From: Octopus vulgaris
Lineage: Eukaryota
Direction of reading: 5' to 3'
Length of the DNA stretch: 64,000 nt
Assembly (NCBI GenBank): GCA_951406725.2
Contig: OX597817.1
Coordinates: 58,528,001-58,592,000 of the forward strand
Position numbers and translations under genes: made by a program. Of this stretch, positions 54,010-64,000 are shown piece by piece. A model generated the notes under the pieces. The model was not told the DNA's origin. It made no database searches and was given only the letters and a program-made list of their open reading frames with translations. Positions within the stretch are counted from its first letter, which is position 1. Each line of letters begins with the position of its first letter.

Positions 54010-54812
54010 GGCCGCAAGCTGGCAGAACCGTTAGCACCCCGGGCGAAATGCTTAGCCGTATTTCGTCTGGCATTACGTTCTGAGTTCAAATTCCGTCGAG
54101 GTCGACTTTGCCTTTCATCCTTTCGAGGTCGATTAAATAAATACCAGTTACGCACTGGGGTCGATATAATCGACTTAATCCGTTTGTCTGTCCTTGTTTG
54201 TCCCCTCTATATATAGCCCCTTGTGTGTAGTAAAGAAATAGGTATTTCGGCTGCCGCTACGTTCAGAATTCAAATTCCGCCGAGCTCGACTTTGCCTTTC
54301 ATCCTTTCGGGGTCGATTAAATAAGTACCAGTTACGCACTGGGGTCGATATAATCGACTTAACCCCTTTGTCTGTCCTTGCTTATCTTCTCTGTATTTAG
54401 CCCCTTGTGGGTAGTAAAGAAATAGAAATAGGTACTTCGTCCGACTTTAAGTTCTGAGTTCAAATTCCGCCGAGGTCTACTTTGCATTTCATCCTTTCGG
54501 GGTCGATAAATTAAGTACCAGCTGCGTACTGTGGTAGATCTAATCGACTCGTCCCCTCCCCCAAAATTTCGGGCCTTGTTTCTAGAGTAGAAAAGAATAA
54601 CATAAGGCGGTGAGCTGGCAGTACTGTTAGCACGCTGGGTAAAATGCTTAGCGGTATTTCGTCTGCCTTGACGTTCTGAGTTCAAATTCCGCCGAGGTCG
54701 ACTTTGCCTTTCATCCTTTCAGGGTCGACAAATTAAGTACCAGTGAAACACTGGGGTCGACGTAATCGACAATCCCTCAAATTTTAGGCCTTGTGCCTAT
54801 AATAGAAAGGAT
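54010..54812 (+). mobile_element. SINE-B trimer plus an additional monomer
   Basis: Body restarts at 54241 and 54431; new head at about 54606. Confidence 0.85.
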
Positions 54813-55141
54813 TATTTCAGCAATAACCGATCTTAAAACATTTTACCTTATATGACCTACATCCCTGAATAAAAAGATGCAATTTAATATTTCAATATGA
54901 AGATAAACTCTAATTACTCCTGAAATATCGGTTTCAAATTTCGGCACAAGGCCAGCAAGTTCGGGAGACGGGGTAAGACGATTACATCGACTCCAATGCA
55001 TGACTGGTACTTATTTTATCAATGCCAGAGGAATGAAAGGCAATATTGCCCACGATGGAATTTGAACGCAGATCGTTAAGAGGGAAGAAATGCCGCTACG
55101 ATTCTGCCAGCTTGCCGCCTTAATTACCCCTGAAATATTAA

Positions 55142-55362
55142 CCCATTAAGTGCCACTGTCCTATAAATAGGACACTAAATGAGAACATTAAGCTATAATC
55201 ACATTGTCTCAGTGTCCTATTTATAGGACACTGAGTATTTCCATTTCAACTTGAAGTAAAGGAGTTTTAATAATTATTTTTTTTCATTTTAACCTATTTT
55301 CAATCATCTGTAAAAGTTTAAAAGTAATATTCAGACATTTAAGTACTCTGGGATTTAATGGG
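55142..55362. mobile_element. piggyBac-type MITE
   Basis: TTAA|CCCATTAA...TTAATGGG|TTAA; internal palindromes GTCCTATAAATAGGAC and GTGTCCTATTTATAGGACAC. Confidence 0.8.
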
Positions 55363-55930
55363 TTAATATGAAACGAAGCTAATCAAAAAATCCACCCTCA
55401 TCTTCTCAAGCTGACAGAGTGTAGTTTGAGAGAGGTTTGGGTGCTATTTCTAGGAGATCAGATGCCCGTATAGCGACTAACCCTCATCAGGTTTGTCACT
55501 GTATTCGTAAAAACTGTGTGAGCGAATCTATCGACGCATTAATAGAATTGATACATGTCATTAGCTATGAATATATTTTTATTGATTCGAGTCATTAAAA
55601 GAATTGTATGGTTGCATTAAATGACGGGGGAAAGTGTGGAGAGAGAGGCTTTGTTGAGGACGGGATCCTCACCGCGATTGATGTTAAGCAAAATAATAGA
55701 AATCCCATGGAAATAAGGAAATATCTTTTGTTAGCCTTTACTTCTTTCAGTAACTGGACTGCGGCCATGCTGGGGCACCGCCTTGAAGGATTTCTGTCGA
55801 ACGAATCAGCACTAGTACTATTTTTGTTTTTGAAAGCCTGGTCTATTGGTCACTTATGCTGAATCGCTAAGTTATGGAGACATAAAGAAACCGACACCGG
55901 TTGTCAAGCGGTGGTGCAGGACAACTATAA

Positions 55931-55979
<49 letters not shown>

Positions 55980-56237
55980 TATATATATATCTCGTTGCTA
56001 TTATGCATAAGTGTCGTAAGGTCAAAACATTGCTTTTTCAGAAAACGAAAGAATAGTTCCTCCATTCCATAGCAAAACCATTGTACTACACTTTGACAAT
56101 ATTTGCTATTTTGGCATCTGAAGCAGCTGGAGATACGATAGTTAGACCAAAAGAACCAGCTATTGCAAACAAAAATAAATATTGAAAAAAACGCATGTGT
56201 CCAAATTTGGACATACAACAGTTTAACATAAAAGCAA

Positions 56238-56277
<40 letters not shown>

Positions 56278-56625
56278 ATTTATTTTACTAAGCCCTTTTA
56301 TATAATGTAATAATTTGAATTCGCCTTAAATGGTCCCTTTGCATACTGAACACTTGGTGAAATTGATTAATAATTAATTAATTTTACCCTCAATTGTTGA
56401 AATTATAATTAATCTCCCTCTAATTAATGCTTCGGATTTTACCGAAATAAGCATAGTGTTTGCTGATTTTAACCCACGCTGGTGGAAAGGGGAGAACAGA
56501 AATTCTTCGCTTGCATATTTGAGTTTGTTGGCACTGTTAGTTACGAGCGGATCTTCGAAAGCGATGAGAAGCCGAAAGGGTATGCTCTCACTTTCAGTGT
56601 TTTCAAATCCAAACCAAGGAGTTTC

Positions 56626-56677
56626 TGAGCTGATGATAGAAGTGTCGTGTTGACTAATCTTGAAACGTACGTTCTCA
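56626..56677 (+). ncRNA. Type I hammerhead ribozyme inside a 560-bp terminally redundant unit
   Basis: TGAG-CTGATGA-TAGAAGT...ACTAATCTT-GAAAC-GTAC-GTT|CTCA. Confidence 0.75.
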
Positions 56678-56858
56678 AATAACCTTTGCATTTGATTTTT
56701 TGATGTCTTTACCCCCAAACTTTCGTGAGTTGAGTTGAGCAAGCACTATATGAGAGAGGTTTTCTTTAAGTATTAGAAATAGTTTTAAAAAAGTTTTTTA
56801 GCTGCTATTTCTAATGAGTTCAGTATGCGGCAAAGTAATTTATTTTACTAAGCCCTTT

Positions 56859-56930
<72 letters not shown>

Positions 56931-57639
56931 CAGACTCTATCATGACACCGCGCCATTTCCGCTCTACCGGTCATTCACTACAACATGTGTGTGTTCGGAC
57001 AGTCTTTCCATAGGGACCATCCGAACTCCCGCCTTCACCGTGAACAGAGATTCATCTTCTCTCTTCGCTCCTTTGCAACATATGAGCTCAACCCACCTCC
57101 TCTCTTCATCTGACACCAACCTCTGACACCTCCTCTCTTCATTTGAAACCAACCTCACACCACTCCACACACGCTAGCACTGAACACTTCTCAGTACCAA
57201 CACCACATACCATCATCCACACACCTATACAGAATCTTCAATACCGTTCCCACACATACCACTGTGTGAGTAACCACACACACTTTTTAACTCAGTGCAC
57301 ACACTACACACCATCATGCACACTCCCACACCCACACAAGCACATATGCCTGAACGCCCACAATATATACATACACATGCAACACGCATTAACACACGCA
57401 ACATACATAGACAAGGATAAATTTCGCTTACATACATAAGCCATACACATGCACACTGTTTGGTCACATACACACATGTGCACACACCACGTGAAAAAGC
57501 ACACATCAACTGCTATACACAACAGACACACACACGTTACACACGCACACGCTCACACATGTCAGAGTTACTCGCCCTTATTCACAATACACACCCACAC
57601 ATCATTCTCACAAACACACACGAACACGCACTTTCTCTT

Positions 57640-57885
57640 GTTGGGATCTCTAGCACTATTATTATTTCCCTTTCATTCAACCTCTTTTTTCCCAATCAGT
57701 CGCAATGTTGGGCCGCTCACATGGTTTTCTCATTCTCTCTCTGTTAATTTTCTCTTATTCCTTTCTGTTGAAGAGCGTAGGCTCGAAACATAAAAGACGT
57801 TTTTCATTTTTCCCGAGCATCAAACTAATACACTTACTTGTTGTTCATACGCCTGTCTTCGTCTTTTGTTTTCCTGTAAATTTCA
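57640..57885 (+). mobile_element. Second copy of the CTGTTGA-core pLTR-like element
   Basis: CTTT-CTGTTGA(57765)-A-GAGC-GTAG-GCTC-GAAAC-ATA-AAAG; homologous to 9128-9342. Confidence 0.6.
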
Positions 57886-57947
57886 CATACATACATACAT
57901 ACAAACCTACATACATACCTACATACATACATACATACATACATACA

Positions 57948-58029
<82 letters not shown>

Positions 58030-58035
58030 CACACA

Positions 58036-58243
58036 CGGGAGGTGCTGAAAATTTCCTGGCTTTAGGTAAAAGAAAATACAGGAGGACCAGTCAGATGATC
58101 TTATTCAACATATTCTCCTCTCAGATTCACACTTATTGCAGCAGTCCTTCAGTTTTTCTAAGCCTGTAAAAGAACTTGGAGGCTGGGCCTCCAGCTAGGC
58201 CTGTTGCAATACCCTTAAAGCTAGGAACTTTTCAGCACCCCCG
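58036..58243. mobile_element. mariner-type MITE
   Basis: TIRs CGGGAGGTGCTGAAAATTTCCTGGCTTT and AAAGCTAGGAACTTTTCAGCACCCCCG. Confidence 0.75.
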
Positions 58244-58251
58244 CCTCAGAC

Positions 58252-58296
<45 letters not shown>

Positions 58297-58399
58297 CATA
58301 AAGGAGGGTGAAAAATTAGATATTAATTTAATAATACCGTCAGTTTAACACCAAGTGGCCTAGCACACAGAAACCAGGGAGTACAAATTTATATATAAA

Positions 58400-58704
58400 T
58401 ATAAGAGAGTTAACGATAAGTGGCTAACTCTAGTGCTAGAAATAGCTCCTTATTCTGGTATAGCCACCAAAGATTTTTTCCACAGCAGAAACAGCATTAC
58501 CCTCAACGTAGGGGAAGCGAAATAAAAAAAAAAAGATAGATGTTGATAAGGAAACAATTGTTCAGTATTGATCTATCTTTTTGTTGTATTTCGCTTCCCC
58601 TACGTTGAGAGTAATGCTGTTTCTGCTGTGGAAAAATCTTCGGTGGCTATACAAGAATAAGGAGCTATTTCTAGCACTAGAGTTAGCCACTTATCGTTAA
58701 CTCT

Positions 58705-58710
<6 letters not shown>
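58400..58710. repeat. Foldback element with about 140-bp arms and a 29-bp spacer
   Basis: Arms 58400-58541 and 58571-58710; TA-rich flanks. Confidence 0.92.
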
Positions 58711-58803
<93 letters not shown>

Positions 58804-59868
58804 GAGACAGACAGAGAGAGACAGAGAGATCTGTGTGGGTGTTTTTGTGCTTATCAATGTCCTCCACCAGCGCTTGAGAAACACATACACAACGAGATTC
58901 TTTCAGTTTCCGTCTACCTAATCGGCTCAAAAGGCTTTGGGCGCCCCGAGGTTGAACTCGGATCCATGTGGTTGGGAAGCAAATTTTTCACCACACACCC
59001 ATGCCTGCACCTGTATATATATATAATGTAAATATCGTTGTTTATCTAATTATCGTAATTTTCTATATAATTATTAGATATTAACTTTAAGTTTATTCGT
59101 AAGAATTTACTTAGCGATAGATATGTTGTTTGATAGCAAGTATACGAGTTGTTTTAAGTTAGATTCATGTATTAATAGCATTAATTGTAGTTTTAAATTT
59201 CTTATAATTATTATTTTAACTTATATATTGTCTTTTTAAATTGTTATTTGCTAGTCATATTATTCCCATTAATAAATAAATAAATTATTTATTTGATACT
59301 ATATAACTACGAATTGATTATTTCTTTAAGTATTTTAAATATAAGATTTTTGAAAGTTATTATTTAGCCAACGAGATATAAAGATAGTTAATTTGCTATA
59401 GCGTTCGTTTAAGATTGTTTATTTGTATTTTTGAAATTAGCTATTTCATCTTTAAATGTGAAAAATTAATTTATTAGGTCTTTATTATATGTGCATATAT
59501 ATTTATTTATAGAGATTATTTTAGATCTTAATTATAATATTTATATACATTTATATATTTTCATTGATAATTTATATATTTAAAATTTATATTTTAATAA
59601 TATGAATAGTCATTTTTTTGTAAAATATTTATGTAATTAGATATTGACTATTACTGATATTAGATTATTGGTGGGTTTCTTACCTTAAAAATTAATACTT
59701 AAAAATTAAAATTAATATTTAACATTATAATCGTTGTTTTGACATAATCATAATCGTTAAGTTTCTAGTTTGATGATAGAGTTTTTTATAAGAAAATTTA
59801 TTATATTATTTATTTCTTAAAAAATATTGTTTAAATATTTCTGATTATTTATTAAAATATTACAATTA

Positions 59869-59967
59869 ACCTGAAGATTGACTGTAACCATAATTCGAAT
59901 TATTAATTGAATTTAAATTATTATTATTGCTATTCGAATTGGTTACGGGCATGAAACGATCGTAGTG
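59869..59967 (+). ncRNA. Hammerhead-like motif with long stem II
   Basis: CTGAAGA(59871)...TGTAACC..AATTCGAAT...ATTCGAATT-GGTTACG...GAAAC-GATC-GTA|GT; stem I only 2 bp. Confidence 0.55.
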
Positions 59968-60327
59968 TTTTTACTCTTTATCTTATATTAAACTTTTAAT
60001 ACTTTTTGATAGTTTAAAAAAAATAATAAATAAAATAAAATAAAATAAAATAAATAAATAAATAAATAAATAAAATAATAATAAAAATATAAAAATATAT
60101 TTATATATATTTAAAATTTATAAGTTTAATTTATTAATTTAAATAATTTTTTAAAATTTTAACTTTAATTTAAATATTTTAATTGGATTTTTATATTTTA
60201 TATTTTATATTTTTTATATTTTTTAATTAATTTTATTTCTATGTATTGGCTTATGATTTTCACTGTTTGATTTGCCTAATAGTTGTTTTATCTCAATATA
60301 ATATAATATAATATAATATATATATAT

Positions 60328-60697
60328 ATTCTTTTATTTGTTTCAGTCATTTCACTGTAGCCAAGCTAGAGCACCACCTTTAGTCGAACAAATCGACCCT
60401 AGGACTTATTCTTTGTAAGCCTAGTACTTATTCTATCAGTCTCTTAACCGAATCGCTAAGTTACGGGGACGTAAACACACGAACATCGTTTGTCAAGCGA
60501 TGGTGGGGTGACAAACACAAACATATATACATATAGATATATACGACGGGTTTCTTTCAGTTTCGTCAACCAAATCCACTCAGGGCTTTGGTCGGCCCGA
60601 GACTATAGTAGAAGACACTTACCCAAGGTGCCACGCAGTGAGACTGAACCCGGAACCATGTGGTTAGTCAGCAAGCTTCTTACCACACATCCACGCC
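60328..60697 (-). mobile_element. SINE-A copy
   Basis: Family-A similarity. Confidence 0.8.
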
Positions 60698-61355
60698 AAC
60701 ACAAATGGGCTGAAGTTCACTACAGCTGTTTCAAATGTTTATCCTTTTTTTGAATTGAGGAACAAATCAATTACATTATGTAAAAAAAATAAAAAGAAGC
60801 GTTTTCTCCAGGTGAACTGAAATTAAAATGCAAAGCTTAACATTTAGTGTTTGTCTTTGTCTCCCAAAACGTATAACATGTGTCTTGATTCTCTCGACTG
60901 GGTGCCGGTTGGGAGAGTAAATTGAGGAAGGCTCGTCTGATTTGAAATATATGGGATATTAAATCTGTCAACACATCCAAAGAAGAGAGAAAGAAGATGG
61001 AAAAGAAATTCACATACAGGTCGTAAGAAGATAAGGATTCGAGGCTGTTGGCACCAATTCCTATACAGAACAGAATGGCTTAATACGATGTCAGCCACCT
61101 GTACGCCATGGAAGCTGAAAAACAGGTGCTACGAGTCCTTTGAGTCGAGTAATACTCAGCCATTATCTTTATTATTAGTTATATATTTTGAGTTCAAATT
61201 CCACTGAGGTAGACTTTACTTTTCATCCTTTTGGGGTCGATAAAATCAGATAAGTACCGGGTTCGATGTAACCGACTCGTCTCCTCCCCTCAAAATTTCA
61301 GGCCCTGTACCGAAAGCAGAAATGATTATTACTTATTTATTTTGTCTAATTTAAA

Positions 61356-61725
61356 GGCGTGACTGTGTGATAAGATGCTTGCTTCCCAATTACATGGTTC
61401 CGGGTTCAATTTTACAGCGTGGCACCATGGCAGAGTGTCTTCTACTTATAACTTCGGGCTGGTCAAAGCATTGTGAGTGAATTTGGATGACGGAAACTGA
61501 AAGAAGCCTATCGTATATATATGTATATGTGCGTTTTTGTGTCCGTGTTCGCCCCCTACCACTGCTGTTGGTGTGTTTATGTTCCTGTAATCTAGAAGTT
61601 CGACAAAGCACACCGATAGAATAAACAGATTAAAAAAGAATAAGTTCTGGGGTCGGTTTGTTCAACTAACATCCTCAATGGTAATGCTCCAGCTTAGCCA
61701 CCGTCTTGTGACTGAAACAATAAAG
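61356..61725 (+). mobile_element. SINE-A copy
   Basis: Family-A similarity. Confidence 0.75.
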
Positions 61726-62635
61726 TACGAAAGACAATGCAACAGCGCCGTAGCATAAAACCTACAATGAAACAGATAGAACCATACAGACAATTCACTG
61801 ATGCGTAAGTCTGTTCCTTGATACTCAATATGTAACCACAAACACGGGACGTATATAGATATATTGAATAATACATGAAAACAAAGGCTAAATGTATAAC
61901 TAGCAGAAATAAGGATTAATACGTCAATATATGAATCTATGGATATCTTTTATTCTTTTGCTTGTTTCGATTTCAGCCCTAATTATTTTTTGTAATCTTG
62001 GTACTTATTCATCGGAGTCTTTAGCCGAACTGCTAAGCTATGGAGATATAGACAAACCAATATCAGTTACCAGGCAGTGGTGTGAGATACAACATAAGCA
62101 CAGAGAATATTTAGAATAAATAGGCCAACGTCCGACGATGGCTTAACTGGCTCAAACTTCGAAGGTACTGTCAACGATATTCTCGCTTAAGAATAACAAA
62201 TTGTTTTTGGTACACTCCGTCTTCTCTAGTAACCTTTAATATATACCCTTCGTGCACCCTGGAATTCTTGGAAGTTGACCCAATGAGGAATGCAAGGTAT
62301 TGCTGATGATGTCTGGTAACCATAAGGGGTGAACCATAAGGTGCTCCGCGGACACACGTTTGGATACTCTGTGTGTGTGTATGTGTATGTATATATCTAT
62401 GTATGTGTGTCTTTGTATTTATATTTGCCCCCACCACCACTACCACTACCACTTAACAACCGCTATTGATGTGTTTACGTCCCCGTAACCCAACGGTTCG
62501 GTCAAAGAGAACGATAGAATAAGTACTAGGCTTAAAAAATAAATCTTGGGGTCGATCTGTTCGACTAAAACCTTTCAAGGTAGTGCTTCAGAAATGGCCG
62601 CCGTCAAATAATTGCAACAAATAAAACGATAAGAG

Positions 62636-62777
<142 letters not shown>

Positions 62778-62864
62778 GTGTGTGTGTGTGTGTGTACTGT
62801 TCTATATATGCGCGGCCGCAAGTTGGTAAGAAGCGTACATATATATATATATATATATAAATAA

Positions 62865-62964
<100 letters not shown>

Positions 62965-63031
62965 ACTGTTCTATATATGCGCGGCCGCAAGTTGGTAAAT
63001 GCGCTACATATATATATATATATATAAATAA

Positions 63032-63118
<87 letters not shown>

Positions 63119-63120
<2 letters not shown>

Positions 63121-64000
63121 TTTGATACTTTGATACTTTGATAGGTTTCGGCCATTATTGGCCCAGGCCATGTCTAACTTAATAGCACCACCTGGTGAAG
63201 TCTTTCAAGTCAGAATTTGGGCACTATGGCCCACTCAAGTAGAGAATTATTGTTTACAGAGACATATCCGGGTGTAGGGAGTTTATCCGGGATTTCTTGA
63301 AGGAATCTGTCCAAAGACTTCTTGAACCCTATAGGGTCAGTTTCTGTTTTAATGTGTTTTGGTGTAATGTTAAAGAGAGCGGGGCCAATTGAGGTGAAAT
63401 AATTGTGCCGTATTGTTGTTATGAGATGAGAGTGCGATTTTTGTTTTGGGCGGATGGCACGGGGCCCAAGCCTTGGATGTACCTTAAAGGTGATGCCAAC
63501 ATCATTTGGGCAATGCTGATGGAATATTTTCCACATCATGCAGATGATGTAGCGCTCACGACGACGTTGGAGAGAATAAAGTTTTAGCTTTTCTAGTCGA
63601 CCCCAATAGTCGAGGCCTGTCATGCCATCTATCTTTTTTGTGATTGCCCTTTGAGGTGCTTCAACTTTTATGATACTTTGTATTGTGTGGGGAGACCACA
63701 GTGGACAACAGTATTCAAGGTGGGGTCGGGCAAAAGTGGAGAAGAGAAGGATAATGGTGTGGATATCTCTCGACTGGAAAGTTCTGAGAATCCAGGAACA
63801 CATTCTGCGGGCCATGTCAACTTTGGTGTTTATATGAGTGGCCCAGCTTATGTTATTGTCCACAATTACTCCCAAGTCTCTGATGTTGTTGGACGCCACG
63901 AGAGTTTCACCTGAAGGAAGGGAGTATGGGAGTTTCAGGGCATCCTCTTTTCCAAAGTGGATTAACTCAAATTTATCCTCGTTCAGCAGCATATTGTTTT
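63119..64000 (-). mobile_element. 3' part of a CR1/L2-group LINE with uninterrupted RT C-terminal ORF (stop at 63210); runs off the window
   Basis: IRDLGVIVDNN, RPHLEYCCPLWSP, LYSLQRRRERY motifs; short 3' UTR and an 8-bp (TATCAAAG)3 tail. Confidence 0.9.

Noticed and set aside
54010-54812. CRISPR-like array
   Set aside because: The units are ~190-bp SINE bodies without unique spacers, and there are no cas genes.
55440-55495. Minus-strand CTGATGAG...GAAAT
   Set aside because: No stem I or III; the GAAATAGC belongs to a common repeat motif.
56374-56742. 122-aa minus-strand ORF
   Set aside because: It is antisense to the hammerhead unit, with a non-ATG start and no domain signal.

Overview
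AT-rich eukaryotic (animal) genomic DNA dominated by microsatellites, SINEs and transposon relics. The SINE and microsatellite landscape suggests a coleoid cephalopod, probably Octopus (inference from recognition, not a search). Almost all ORFs in the track are microsatellite or SINE artefacts. One convincing host coding exon is present: minus strand 4253->3925, encoding a signal peptide plus the N-terminal lobe of a bacterial-type PstS (phosphate-binding, PBP2-fold) domain. It ends in a GT donor, and its remaining exons must lie left of the window. The other ~60 kb is upstream or 5'-intronic sequence with three SINE families, R4/Dong-like and CR1-like LINE pieces, mariner relics, MITEs, a Helitron and Penelope-like (PLE) fragments. 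The most striking hidden signal is roughly 15 hammerhead-ribozyme (HHR)-like motifs from about 10 sequence families. About five have all three stems in place, many have palindromic minimal stem III (dimer-type), and they are repeatedly embedded in inverted or direct repeats. One inversion starts at the predicted cleavage site. All structures were read by eye and repeat boundaries are approximate.
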